DNA of 63,210 bases, counting the filler, from Platydemus manokwari (Eukaryota): assembly GCA_037951405.1 (NCBI GenBank). It is 6 parts of 6 records of this genome, joined end to end, with 100 filler letters (N's around TTAATTAATTAA, not from the genome) between each part and the next. Parts side by side here need not be neighbours in the genome. Positions count along the whole stretch, not along the records: positions 30,525 to 42,363 come from JBBMOY010439999.1; positions 42,464 to 53,430 come from JBBMOY011012192.1; positions 53,531 to 63,210 come from JBBMOY011218988.1; 3 more parts are not named here. One strand, 5' to 3'. How positions within the stretch are numbered: the first letter of the stretch is position 1; each line of letters starts with the position of its first letter. The translations under genes were made by a program, and so were the position numbers. A model generated the notes under the pieces. The model had not been told where the DNA came from, made no database searches, and worked only from the letters and a program-made list of their open reading frames with translations. This document shows, one piece after another, positions 39,900-54,454 of this stretch.

Positions 39900-40690
39900 G
39901 AACTTATTCAAAGCAAAAATTGGTTAATAAACTCAATAATAAGTTCACCCATTTGTGCTAAACTGAAGGTATACACTGGACGGAGTAAAGAAATTATTAT
40001 TCCAAGGGAAGAGTTTTGTCCTTTGGAACAGATCATTGTTAATGTTTGGGTAATTTATGACTAAAATCAAGTATCTGTTGGTTATTGTAGATAATTTCAG
40101 CAAGTAGTGAGCATAGTGTCACTTATTTAACAAGATCAGATCAGCATTTTAAAGTCTAGCATCGATGTTTGGATCTACAGGTATGGATCTGGAAAATCAA
40201 TGTTCAATGATCGGGGCAAGGTTTTCGAGGGAAGGGAAGTGAAATAATTAGCGATACAATTTGGAATAAACCAAGAATTTACCTACCCATACCAATACCA
40301 AACAATTAGCTCAGCCAAAAGGGTGATTAAGACTGTCCGAGCCATGATGGTAACAACACTGGTATAAGAGAAACGGGTTTTGAATAAATTATTGCTTAGG
40401 ATAGAATTTATCACCAATGCAACATATCAAAGCTCAATTTGACAATCCCCTTTTGAAATTTTGTTTGGACGACAAATTAATATGCATGGATTACGATTAA
40501 ATGAACTAAGCCACCACGACCGGGTCGTCAATGAAACGGAAAACCAGATAAAATCAGTAGCCACAAACTTAAGGAAATTCGATGCTAAAAAGGAGGTTAT
40601 TCAATTTTCGCTGTTGGAGAAGACGTTTTAGTGAAGAAAGAACCAAATAAGATAAAAAAGAACGGAGATCATTATTAATAGATTGTTATA
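39900..40690 (+). mobile_element. Gypsy/Ty3 LTR retrotransposon integrase remnant
   Basis: PICAKLK, PLEQI, KYLLVIVDNFSK, WIYRYG..NDRGKVF, FGI..FTYPY, SPFEILFGR, with stops and frameshifts. Confidence 0.85.
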
Positions 40691-42363
40691 TCGATATCGT
40701 CATTAATAAAGAATAAATATCTAAAATCTCAATAAATGTATAATAATGGTTACTGTGCCATTAGACCTCACCGCTGATAAAATCAATTGAGGTCTCTTAC
40801 AAGGCACTGCCATAAGAGGTCAAGAAAAATCTTTAGTTCTACCACAATAGAACCTCGCAATAGTTGGATAGTCAAATAATTAAGTGTTTAAACAGTGTTT
40901 ATGAAAACCTCTAGTCTATTGTTATCAATTCATTGCAATAATATTATTTTATCTTGTGATTTTAATATATTTTATTTGAACACTTTTGATATTATTAATT
41001 ATTTATATTATTATTTATTTCGATACTAATAATTATTTTTTTAGATCAAGTTATTTGTTCAATTATTATTTTCTAATCTAATTCTATATTGTTCATAATT
41101 ACATACACCTTTTAAACTCAAATATACTAAAATTCTATAAATTTAAATTAACGGAACTCAAATACATTATAAGGTTTTAATATTTAATTAATTATCATCT
41201 AATTATAAATTTGTTTTAATACAAGCTACGCTAAAACGCAAACCTTATCAAACCCAGGTATATTTTTTACATATTAATAGAGATTTTCTCAGCATCGTAA
41301 AAAAAGTTTGATTTTTCTGTAAAGTTTATCAACCGACAATTTTTGAGAATTGAAATGATCTTCCACTTGAGTATATAAAGTAGTTGGAATCGCAATTTTA
41401 TAATGGTGTTCATAATGATAATTTTCTAACGATTCTAAAAATAAGTAAACTTTTATTATTAAAAGCGAATTGTTCTATTTGTTGGGATCTTGTACTAGTC
41501 TTATATATAAATAACTGATAATTCCAGCAACAATTATTGACAATTTTCCTCGGCAATTGTGCATATGTTATGTAATTTTATGTGGATGACAATTGTTTTA
41601 ATCTTATGTGTTGGTCTATGTAACCATTTTTATTGATTAAACCAATATAACAATTTTGGTAAAACCTAAACAAGTTACTTATATTTCTGAAGATAAGGTT
41701 AAATAAATATCACAAATTAAGCTGAAAGAATATTTAAGAACGACTTAAATAATATTTTGATAATATAATATTTTTAATAACTAGAACATTAAATTGATAG
41801 ACATTTTTGTTGACATAATTTCTAGCAAACGCCATTCTATTTTTTTATTGAGTTTAGCTTCAAACATCTTGAGGTATTGGGTTAAATCCCAAAAGTGTGA
41901 AGTCTATCAACTGTACAATCAAGAATTTGTTAAGGTTTCTTTGTACATTTTTGTTGTATGTTGCATTGCTCAAATCAACTTGTAATTTTTATCTTTGTTA
42001 TGTTGGTTTTGGTTAGCTAATATAGCTCAATGTTGTTAAAGCGTGTATAATAAGAATAATAAGTTACAATAAAACTATTGGTGTCAGCGTGTTTTATGAT
42101 AGTAAATTGTAATTGATCATAGAAAAAATAGTACCACGGTAGCCATACATTATGTCTCAATATAATATTATTGTATGTTGTCAAAAATATTAAGCTGTTG
42201 TATTCGTGGCCTTAAGATTAATCAAGATGATATTGACTCGCACTAAAATAAGACTATATACAATAATTAAACCAACAAGGGGAAAATTTAACACTTTGGG
42301 ATCCACACCTACACTTATCAATAATAATGCATGTAATAATACATAAAATATTTGTACATAATG

Positions 42364-42463
42364 NNNNNNNNNNNNNNNNNNNNNNNNNNNNNNNNNNNNN
42401 NNNNNNNTTAATTAATTAANNNNNNNNNNNNNNNNNNNNNNNNNNNNNNNNNNNNNNNNNNNN
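42364..42463. other. Artificial contig linker
   Basis: N44-TTAATTAATTAA-N44. Confidence 0.98.
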
Positions 42464-44629
42464 AGAAGAACTTATAGTAACGTTGTATTTAATTAATTAT
42501 CATTTAATTCTAAGCTCTGAAACTAAAAACCATATTTAGTTGAAATATTTCCTTTTAAATATAACTTCTTAAATTAATAATCACATTATATAAGTATGAA
42601 TTATTTTAATAAAAACCAACGGAAAAATATAAGGTATTTAACATTAAATAATATAGAAATATACATTTAAACATATTTATGTTTTTTGATTTTTTGTTTT
42701 AATAACACACCAAACATATTTTTGGAGTTATCGTTTATTCAAAGTAATATAATTATATCTTAACAGATTCAGATGATGATTCGAAACTGCTCCATTTCAT
42801 AAGAACAACTGACACTATCATCGATAATTTATCTTCAAAAAGTGGCAAATTATGTATTTTTATTAACCTCATTTCGGTGATGACGTTTGTCAGAGAACTG
42901 TTTTGAAAATCAATATTTCAATTCGAATTAACTAGCTTATATGGATACAATTTTAATTAATCTTTAATTTTAATAAATCTTTTGCTATTCCATGATTAGT
43001 GAGCACTATTGGGTTTTCAAATAATAATAAATGTCGATATTATAATTATTTTCTTTTTATTAAATAAATTTTAAAATCAACTTTCTCGGACATTTTTGTA
43101 TTTTATGTTTTTATATAATTGCCTAATATGTAAAATAATATTGTAAGTGTTATTTTATTTAAAAACAGTGTTTTTTTAATTTTGGGTTGTGATCCCATGG
43201 TAGTGCCATTCAAGTAGACATTTCAAATAGAAATAAATTTATGTTTAGATTATGTAAATTTTACCAGATTTTGTAAATGTGAACTTGGATATTAATGGTT
43301 TTAGAACAGATTTTTATATTAAATTAAATTTTACATAAAAAATGTTTGGGAAACGCTGATTTAATGTTTAAAACACGCATTTATCTAAATGACTAATTGA
43401 CCTGGCATTTTTCCAGTTGTAAGCATCGTGCTTTATCAATGTAATTTTATCTATGGTTGTTTTGTATTGAGTAGCACTATTTATTTTAAGAATACATGTA
43501 AGCAGCCTTTATTAGTTTTGATAATTCCCAACAGCGCATCAGTCAGATTTAATTACTTCTTCATCGTGCCTTTTCAGAGCAGAATTTATTTTTGGTGTTC
43601 TAGTTGCACGAGGTTCCTATTTGAATTCTCCAATATGATTACACGCATTACTTGTTCTTTGCTTATTCCTCATTTCTGTACATCCATATTTAAGTTAAAT
43701 AACTTGGAATAGGAATGAATACTGATAATTTTTTTGAAAATATTTACTTAATAATTATGAAGATCCGGAAAGTGAAAATGTAAACAAAAATAAATAATAA
43801 AAGATTGTTAGTAGAAATAAATTTGTAAGTACTGATTTTGATATTAATATTTCAAAAAAATGACTAGATAGAACTAAAATAAAATAATAATTACTAAAAA
43901 TAAATATTTTGTTAGAATAATAGTAAAAATTAATAATTTAATTTAATTAATTTGTTTCATTTAATTAAATTTATTATTGGTAAATAATTTATCAAGATAA
44001 AAAATTGGCAAGTAATTATTTTGTTAATGTCAAGCCAATGTATGCAGAATTGCAGCACCGTGGTTTGGCAAGCAAAAATAATATTTAAATTATGACAATC
44101 AGGTGAAGACTGCCATTAATAAAAATAATCAAGAGTCGATTGATTTGAAAATTAAGTAAATTTATTAACATTTTTAATAAGTGCTGGTATCATTAAATTG
44201 AATAGAGTATTTATTTATTGTATTGTAAAAGTAATTAAAATGGTTGTAGTTAGGCCAGAAGCAGATTTTTGGCCGGTATTTTCAAGATTGAGCATGGAAT
44301 CGATTCGTTTTTGTTTAATAGACAAAACCTTATTTAAGGGTTTGACCTACCTGAATATATTTTGTATAGTCTTGTAATTTTGATTCGTTGTGGAGTATTT
44401 TAACCAAACACTTTCAGGAATTTTGTCATTGTCTGAAATTTTATGAATATTATTATTGATATTAAAATTTGTAATATCTTTTTATTATAATAGCTGTTTT
44501 GTTGTAAACATTAGCAATAATGGCTTTAAAGAAAATTGCTTTTCATTTCAATAAGTTGTTAAAATCATTGATATTTCACCACCTTGTTGATAGTACCAGG
44601 TGTATATTAAAAATATTAAATAAAGAGAC

Positions 44630-45110
44630 TAATAAGATAATTATAAACCGGGTAATGAAGATAAATAAATAAATTACTCAAGACAACTCAAATATAATCA
44701 ATCTTACACCGCTCGTCTTGTCTCCATACAAGAAATTGAACTTCGAGATGAAAGAATACTAAAATCATAAGTGTTGAATGAAAATGAATATCACACAAAA
44801 TTACAATTTTGACACTTTAGAAACCCTTTTTGAAACTTTCGACGCATTTGCATGACAACCAGCTGATCGGATACGGTTTAAATCAATTATAGGAAAGAAC
44901 ATGACTACACAGGTATTGACCAATACCAGTCATGAAAAATCAATAGACTCAATTGGAATTTTAAAATAGTGTCAAATTAAAGTATAATACACGAAAGCAC
45001 TATCTCTAAATGCTATCTCTAAACATAAATGATGATACAATAACTAATCGCATGCCAATTGGTGTCGAGTTTATTGTTTGTTTTGAGTAGCTAGTTGAAG
45101 CCAACACGAA
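44630..45110 (+). mobile_element. Possible highly decayed Gypsy RNase H-integrase junction
   Basis: YKPGNEDK*INYSR (cf. YKPGxxNxxADxLSR), HDYTGID, LVEA. Weak. Confidence 0.35.
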
Positions 45111-48100
45111 GAGAAATGGTTTATGTTTATTTAATTTGAAAGTGAAGGCTGAGCTGCACCAGATTTTCTTGCAAAAAAAGTCCCAACTATTATTTCATTT
45201 TAATAAACCCGAGAATACAAGATGTACCATTTCTATCTTCCAGTTAAGAAAAACTGGGCATATAAAAATAGTGAATGATTAGAAAACTGTTCCTAGCGGT
45301 TTCTTTTCAAGTGGACCAAGTGAAATATTTTTCTACCCTTATAAACTGTTTTCTGGTTAATGGGTATATTCTGCCAAATTAATCATTTATCCTAATGCTT
45401 TTATCTGGAAATTGGAAATGGCTTTTTTATAAGTTATGAATTTATTTAATGGTTAAATTGTTCTATTAGATTTCTATACAATCGAGTCTTGTTATTTATT
45501 TAATTTATTATATTAAAGAGAATTTATTTAATTTCACTTATTACTTCTCTGGAACCGTGGATTACCAATAAAATTAAATAATAAAGTATTTTTACATTTC
45601 TATAAAATTATTCTACAATAAATATTTTCACATCATTTTTAATATTACTGTTTATTCTAATACTGACAAATACAAGTGTGTATTGATAAAAAAATTAATC
45701 ATAAAAATCACGTTAGAAACAATTGTCAATTGAAAATGTAACTATCAAATGTAACTGTCGAATCCAACACTCAACAAACCTAACATAAGCTTAAATTACT
45801 ACCTGAGATTCAAAAGAACTCAAGACACAATTTAAAACCGTAGATCGTTTTAATAACGAAAATGATAATGATTATCCTCATCAAACTCATAACCAAACCG
45901 ACTTGAGTGAATCCATTATTGCTTTAAGTGTTGATAATAGAATAGACAATTAAAAGTCCATGCTTAAAAATATACATGTTTAGAAGTTTAGATGTACTGA
46001 TTAAGAATTTAGAGATTTTTCAATAGATGAAATTTAAATGAAAATACTGTTGGGATAAGAAGAGAGGATGGATGGCAAACAACTTACAAAACGCAAATGA
46101 ATTGAAAGGATTCTATATAACAGATTTAAATAAATTGAAAAAAGTAAGTTCAAAGAAGGTTGAGCAGACTATCCCGAAGGTCCCGAATATAAGGAGAGTG
46201 TCGACAGGGTAATCATTGGCGTAGACCCTGTGTGAAGTATAAAAACCTCCGTCAATCATGAACTCTTGAAATACATTTAGTACAACTGGGAAAATGAGAT
46301 GTTTGACTTGGATAAATAAAGTAGACAAGTAATAGCATTAAAATTTGACATTTTGATGCGTTTATATTTTAAATTTTTTTTATTCTGGGTGATTTCACTT
46401 TATTCGTATATGTATATTCATATTCGAACAGTTCAGTACTTTATTTTCTGTTTTGTAAATATTATTGTTTTTAATGTTATGGTTTATTATGGTTATTTAT
46501 ATTATATTTGTAATTTTATTTTTAATTCAACAAGTTATTTTATTATGTTATGATATGGATTTTAAACAATTGTCACTGAATTAAATATTATAAACTTATA
46601 TTATAACAATTATTATAATTATTATAAAAGAAGTGTATTGTAAAGTAGGACTGTATTCTCCCCAAAATAATTATGATAAATTAATTGATACTAAAATCGG
46701 TACTGATTATTATCGTAAAAAATCCAGGAAAATTATTATAAAAATCGAAAATATAATTCACACATAACAGACTAAAGTAGATTCCAAAAAGACTACGAAA
46801 AAATTACACGAGAATTTACAAATGAAAAAAGTGATTTTTTATAAAGTTTGATAAACATTTAAAAATATGTGATGAATTATCAAGACAAATATAAAACATT
46901 AAACTAGCTCACGATTAACTAGAAAAATGAAGATAAATCAAGTGCAATTTTTCCAAAAATATCTACCACTAAACAGAACCAAAAATCACACCAAAACTAC
47001 TTAGGAAGTAGAGTAAACTCTAACAAAAGAAAATTTGCTTTGAAACTATTATCCTTGATTTAACTTGGAAATACTTGATGTTTTTCAGACGAAACCTCTT
47101 AATGGATTTTACTAATTCTGAATGCATTATGATTCTAAAAAAGGTACTGAGACTCTTAGGAGAACTGTATGTCTTATCTATATTTAGTTATATACTCTTA
47201 TAGACTTCATTTCTAACTAAAAGAATATTTATATCTAAAATAAAAAAACATTCGTTTTTTTAATAATCAATATTGATTTAATTTTTTGTGTATAAATTTA
47301 GTCAATTCAATTTATCAATGTATCGTTGAAGACTAAACTTTGAAAAACTGAAGACTATATACTATTGAGCGAGATGAAATTCTGTAAAAAGAAAACGAAA
47401 TTACACCTTGGAACCCTTGTTTTGGCCATTTAAACATTTGCACGCCTACACAGTCACACAGGCATAGCAATCAGCCAATAATAGTGAAGTTAGATGGTGA
47501 ACTGCGATTGGAAAAGGGGCATAGCTACACAACAACACACATATAGGAATTGATCAATCCCACTCATGTAAAAACTTAAAAAACAATTAGAACAGAAAAA
47601 CAAATATCAAATCAAAACATGATACAACATGACACAAAAAACACAGCTCGCAAGTATAAAAATCGATGTAAAGATGGACAACTGCCAGTTGAAAGCCGAG
47701 TTTGGGTTGAGATTTTGTAATTCGTGCAGATTAAGAAATATATTTACCTTTGAATTGGATTCAAGTCTTATTTATTGTTTATAATTACCCAACAATACTT
47801 TATTTCTAATCCGCGTATTAATCAGTGGGATAAATAACACAGATACAATCAAACTTGATTCACAAATGATACTCATACGACGCTCAAATTCGATACAAAG
47901 AACATAACTAAAATTGACTTCCAACTAGCAGTTTAACCACGTATGGACTCTTTATAATGTCATCTTAATCAATATTAAATTTATTCATTTAAACAAATTG
48001 TTCTGAGAATATTCTATTAATTTTTATTGTTTTGCTTTAGCTAAATTACTGATGATTTTCTTTTAGATTTTTTCATAGAATATTTATTTAGAATTTTTAA

Positions 48101-49583
48101 TTATTTTTTAAAAATTTATTTTTATACATATTCCACAGTATTTTAACTATTTTAATAAACTTATTTAAATCAATATTAAGAGTTTTCATCTCGGAAAATA
48201 GTTTAAATTTGAAAGGTAAACAATTGGACACGGGTTATTAAAGTGTTAAATTTATATTGAACTAAACACCACAATCCAACTTTCAGATGTTTACAAAATT
48301 TTCATTTCATTTCTAACAGTCACAGTTATTATAACTGGGCGATTGATATTGATCAGAGCTTTGATTACGATAAATATATTACACCACAATCCAACAATAA
48401 TTTAGAAGCAAAATGGTTTTGGCTTATGGATTTAAATTAAGATTCCTGCATCACTTGGAAATAACAATTTAAGTTGAAAAGAGCATTGATAACCTATACA
48501 TCAATTTACTCTACCAACCGTTGTCGTTTATTATCTTTTAAGCAATGCATATACATTGTAAGCCGCCACTAGTTTACAAAACACAAATCGAAAACAAACT
48601 GAAAGAACACGACACCAAATTATGTATTTAAATACAATTATTTAAACAAATAAATATTATTTTAAATAAAATATTATTTGAATTAAATCTTTAAAATTAA
48701 ATTCACTTAAAAATTCGCGCACACACAATAAGCATTTAAGAATGAAATTGATTTAAGTTTTTAGGTAAGAAAACAAATATTTTTGAATTAGATTTTAATC
48801 GTGAACTATTTTTATCAATAACTGATCAAAGAACAATCTCTACAGATGATGGTTTAAAGCAATTTGGAAAAAATTAGTCTTATTTAGATATTAAAACTCC
48901 ATCTCGCAATACTTAATAAATATTTGATTAAGAAACCAATGATAATGAAATAGGATACCGTAACTCTTCAAGTTTAGTATAAAATAGAAATGAATTTCGG
49001 ATAAAGTTGATCACTTTTTCATAATCAATTTTTTCCCGGCTGTCAAAGCAGAATTTAATTATGCGTTCTTTTCCACTTCTACGCTTATTAATATATTATA
49101 AATTTAAAAAGTTAAATAAGCTATGAAACCAATTTAAATTTGTACAAAGACTTAGACAATGAGTAGGAGCTATTTGAGCTGAAAAATCATTTTCTTGATG
49201 CCAGTTTTGCTTTTAGAATATTAAAATTAACAGTTTACTTTAACTATTTATAAAATCTAAAATATCTAAGAACCACAAGTAAATAACAATGAAAATATGA
49301 ATATTTTAAAATTCAATAAGACATAACAATAAAAACTTCTAAAATAAACTTAATTTAATTTTTAATTATTTATTTTACAATTCACGTATATTTTATTTTT
49401 CTAATCTTTGAACTTCATATTGAATATGTCAAAGAAATTACTTGTGCTTACTTTTCTCAAATCAATTGTTTTGAACACCATAGTAATGTATATTTATAAA
49501 ATAAACTTTTTAATCAAATCGGATTCTTAAAAATCTAAACAAACATTGAAAAAAATTCTAAAAATATATTAAATTGCTTTATT

Positions 49584-49940
49584 TTATGTATCAGCCTCTT
49601 GTTCTTCGGTAGCCATCGCTATATCTTGTTCCAGTTTCATTTTCTCGATGTAATTTGATATTTCCAACCTTATTAAACCATCTTTGAAAGTCACTCCCAT
49701 TTCAGTTAAGAATTCAACTTCCATTGGGTCATCTTCATTTATTTCTTTAATAGATTTATTCGATTTTGATTCAGTGTTCATTTTCATAATAAAATATCCA
49801 GAAAAGAGACCAAGAAAAACTGAAAATACACAAGCCATCATAAAATAGAGAACAAGTATTTTGTCTGGATTTTGAAATCTATAGATAATATCATCAGGTG
49901 AATTTGTGTCATCGTCTGTACTTTCATTTGAGACATGCAT
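49584..49940 (-). CDS. 118-aa single-pass membrane protein of unknown family
   Basis: Stop-free 357-bp ORF with protein-like composition: acidic N-terminus, one TM (ILVLYFMMACVFSVFLGLFSGYFIM), acidic/coiled C-terminus. Flanked by extremely AT-rich DNA. Confidence 0.5.
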   Translation of the reverse strand: MHVSNESTDDDTNSPDDIIYRFQNPDKILVLYFMMACVFSVFLGLFSGYFIMKMNTESKSNKSIKEINEDDPMEVEFLTEMGVTFKDGLIRLEISNYIEKMKLEQDIAMATEEQEADT

Positions 49941-50149
49941 TTAGAAATAGAGATAATAAATAATTTCAGATTAATTAATTTTCCATCAATATTCAATCAA
50001 TAATTAAATAAGTAATTAATTATTCCAAATACAAATTATGAAATCTAAATTCGAATTTTCCAAACCAAGAGTGAAATTCACGAAAAAATATAATGTGTTG
50101 GAAAATTATAATAAATTAACTAACAATTCTATTATATGATATTATGACT

Positions 50150-53120
50150 TCTAATTCTGAACTCTATAACCCCAATAATGGAGATCTATGAAATTCAGCC
50201 AAGAAGAGAAAACGAGGACATGCTCATCAACTATCTGGTTGCTCAATCATGTCCCTGCTCTAAATTCCAGCAAATATGCGAACAGACTTTATTACCTATT
50301 TTTACCTGATCAAGATAATGTCAAATAGTTCAAATCTAGCATGAAACAACTCAAAACAAATTAGCATCGAACATTGGACGAACCATTCTCTCATTTCGGT
50401 TGCAAACGCTATCAATGTATCAAAAACTACGTGAAAACCTTTACTGCCCTACTAATTTTCACCACTCAAAATCCATACCCTTTCTCCAATAAATTCTGCT
50501 AAACAACTCATCAAACTCTCAATTCAGAGCAGCTTGTGATGCCCTGTAAACCATCAAATGTAACTGCAGTCTCTGCGCCAACCTTTTCTCTTATCCCTTC
50601 GAATTAACAATTGACTAAATTGCATTACCGTCATCCGACCTACTATGAAAGTCTCCAATCATCGAGGGCAATACCAAAAAATGTGATCTTAGATTTCAGT
50701 CGAAAATATAAGATAAAGCAGAGGTGACCAACTTTTGTGTAGGTAAGATCGACTTTTCCTTTGAATAACATCTCACACGATAGACTAAAATTGGCTTCAA
50801 GATCGACCGGTTGGCCATCCCTGAGATAGAGCACATCAATCCTTTCAGGGTTGTGCTCTACTTCTGTGCTCATGTTCAACTTACTCCAAAACTGCCCAAG
50901 CCGAGGTAAAAGACATAAGCTCTAAAAGGAAGAACTTCAACACTATTTTTGTAATAAATATAGTTGGCCTACCAATAATCCTCACAAGACACATCTCGAC
51001 CAATTAGAAAATTATTCCAACTCAACTTTAGCCTGTATCAATAACCAATCAATCAAATTACGCTCCAAACCCAATATTCTTAGACAAAGAACGGCAAACT
51101 AATGCAATGTCACACTTCATTCCAAACAACCTCAAACAAGCTCTCAATCACACTCCCACTCCATACCAAGTTGCCTCTGCACGATATCGACATTGATGAT
51201 GTGATTCTCACTCAAAATAAAATTGATAATCCTTCCCGTGAAGAAGACGATGAACTTCAACAAAACAGATCAACGTATATATCCAAACATATCGCAATCC
51301 TTTCAATCGATTCGTATGGAAACTATTTGGTGGTTCTCCAACAACCACGTCATTCATGTCTCTAATCGATGATCGTAATGCATGTAATTTATGTCTAAAG
51401 ATTTATCGCTTTTCATTTTCCAAAACATCAATTGTTCCAAACACTTCCTACAAAATCACTATGTTATTCTGTCACCTGAATTTGCTGTCCAATGTTACCG
51501 TTATTTCATCAGGGAAGTAATACCCTATAATCTATAACTGGACTATCACAATATTAAAAACCTACAAACAAACCAGTCAAATACTACTATTCATTTCATC
51601 AACAAAGATCTTCAGTCTCGACAACTATCAGTCCTTGCAATAGAAGCTTATCTTCTGAAAAAATACACTAACCTCATTTTCATCAAACCATAAGCTGCAA
51701 TCGACATCATCAACCAAGACTTCGAAATATTTTATCTCTCTTTTCCATTCCAAAGGTTGTCATCATCGAGAGTCGCCTTCTGGCTTATTCACTGGAATGG
51801 CAACCATTGGAATCTGTACATCGCAAACAGGGCACTAAGTCATATTACATAGATCCATTCACCTTTCTATCGGATGGACTTAAAATTTTGTGGACAAAGT
51901 TAGACAATCTCTTAGTAGTAAAGGAAAAGTAGTAAAGGAAACGCTATCATTCCAAAAGTCCATTATAGCCGAACTCCCAAAACAAATAAACTCAAACGAC
52001 TGTGGTTTATTTGTCATCCAAAATGTTCTCGACTATGTAGCAGATTCGACGATATTTCGTGCTCTAGTCCTTACACAGCTTCGCGAGAACATCAATCATT
52101 CTAAAGCCCATATTCTACTCTTCCACAAAATATCAAAGGTCAGCGAACCTGCTACAGAGCAAATGTCATATCCATTATTGCTGGAAGCCATCAAGCTGCT
52201 AGAGATTGATTCTCCAGACCTCACACAAATATTATCTACTGCCAGAACAGCCTTGTCCATCGTTGAACACTCTAGATTTGCACCGAAGAAACATGTCCAA
52301 CATTTAATATTACATTTCAATACCCAGTATCTTCAGATTTTAAACTTCGCAATAAATTTCTCAATGAGCTCAAAAGGACAAATAGTAGTATTCTTCCCTC
52401 CTCAACGCCAATGACTCTACTTTGGAACAGATAGTTCTATCTCCTCCATCACTACCATCAGAATTCATTCTTACTGTGCCTTGGTACGAGAATAACTCAA
52501 ATCTCAAAGAAATTGCAATTGCAGAAATTGCTAATACCTTCCAAAAGTTCTCAAGATCTGCACCGGGTTCAGACGGAATAGCGTACAGAGATTGAAAGAC
52601 TAGATTCCGAACATGCTTTTCTGCTCTTTCTCTTCTACAAAATTCTTCGAACAAGGACCATACCGAACTAACCAAAAGAATGCAGCACCAACCCCCTCCT
52701 TAAACCTCACACATTGTTTTCAAATTGTGGCCAATAGCCCTCATAGACGCATCATATCTAATTTTTGTAACTATCTTGAACCTACGAATCCACAACTGGA
52801 TAGACGCTGGCAACCTTCTCCATCCAAATCAAAAGCAATGCTCACCTCTGACAGATGTGCTGAACACAACGCCTACTTATTTACCCCATCCGAAAGCGCA
52901 TTTCAACAGCACCGAGACATGCACTTCTGCTGGATCAATTTGAAAGAAGCATTCTCAAGCATGCCAAGTGACCTTATCTAGTATACTCTTAAGAAAATGG
53001 AATGCAACTCTCACTACTTTCAAATAATAAAAACCTTATACAAGAACTCCTACTTTTGTCACCAGTTAAGACACCATCAATATTCATTCACCATGATGTC
53101 AAACAAGGATGACCACTATC
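50150..53120 (+). mobile_element. Degenerate NeSL-like non-LTR retrotransposon: Ulp1 protease + N-terminal half of RT, 3'-truncated; ends approximate
   Basis: CNLC (~51380). Ulp1/C48 motifs LSVLAIEAYL (~51625), IHWNGNHWNLYI (His 51805-51807), YYIDP (Asp 51852-51854), PKQINSNDCGLFV (Cys 52001-52003). RT motifs SAPGSDGIAY (~52557), WPIALID, LHPNQK, CAEHN, WINLKEAFSSMP. Many stops and frameshifts. Confidence 0.88.
50719..50823. mobile_element. 105-bp hAT-type MITE nested in the NeSL-like element
   Basis: TIRs CAGAGGTGACCAAC...GTTGGCCATCCCTG; 8-bp TSD AGATAAAG/AGATAGAG; same family as 10979-11061. Confidence 0.88.
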
Positions 53121-53430
53121 TATATGTTGGGTTTCTGGCTCAACAAGTTATTTACAACTATTAATTCACATTGAAAAATATGTGTATACATTTGCATGAT
53201 AGTACGTATAAAACGTGCATTAATTTTTATTGCATTGATTTTTATTTAATCAATGTGTATTTTTTATATTTTGACAACCTTTGAAAGTTTTGGACTAATA
53301 ACAACTTGTAAGAAGACAATGATTTGATAATAATTGTTTGTCGATGTATAAAAACATTTTTACGTGAATTAATATTGAATATTTTCATGTAATATAATGG
53401 AAGTTTTGTAGTTAATATAAATAAAATACA

Positions 53431-53530
53431 NNNNNNNNNNNNNNNNNNNNNNNNNNNNNNNNNNNNNNNNNNNNTTAATTAATTAANNNNNNNNNNNNNN
53501 NNNNNNNNNNNNNNNNNNNNNNNNNNNNNN
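53431..53530. other. Artificial contig linker
   Basis: N44-TTAATTAATTAA-N44. Confidence 0.98.
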
Positions 53531-54454
53531 TTTTGTATTTTTCATTAATTTTCGCTTAATTTGAATTAACTGTTGTCAAAATCTCAGTAAATCATTGAAT
53601 ATATCTCAAACCAATCTTAGACAGTCAAATTTCAAAATATCCATCATTCAAATCAAACGAAACTTTTCATTCTTGATGACACCTTCATTTCCGATAAATT
53701 TATGATATTTCTAAATTGAGAAGGATATCAATTCATGTTAAATAGATTTCATATTATCTCGAATTCATTAATGTGTTATTGTGTCGTAATTATTTATTCC
53801 CAAACGTTCTCGTTTAGTTTTTTTTTTCCAACTTTTGTTTCAGTCCAATATCGATTAATAGATAACTTGTTACATTTTATCGTTATGCAACAACGGTTTA
53901 ATGGAAAAATTTTTATTAATAATAAAATTCCCATTTTTGAAAATGCGTTGCTATGGATTTGGAACGAGAATAAATAATGATTTAAAAGAAATAAATTTTT
54001 ATTTCAAATTTTGGTCTTTTTAAATATAAATTGATTCTGTTTGACAATTGTCGACTCGTTAAAGGAAATTTATAAAAATACTGAAATGAGTTTGAACACA
54101 TATTTTTGTTTGATTAGTTGTGAGTCATTTATTTTATTAACAGTGAGAATGGAGTTTCGAGTTAAATCAGCTTTTTCCTGACATTACTGAGAGAAGGAAA
54201 TGATAGAGTTATGAAAATACATGAAAAAGTCTTTAATGTCTGTTGACTCATTATTGCTTCAGATATAATTATATTTAACGGGGCTTTCCATTAAGCGATG
54301 ATTAGGTAAATAATAAAACCCCAATATATTCTTATTATATCGATAGAAAACTGAACTTTTTAATAGAGTTTTGAGAGTATTCTGATGATTGCTTGATATC
54401 AGCAGTACTGATTCATCAATCATATACGATGACTACAGATACCATTTCATTATA

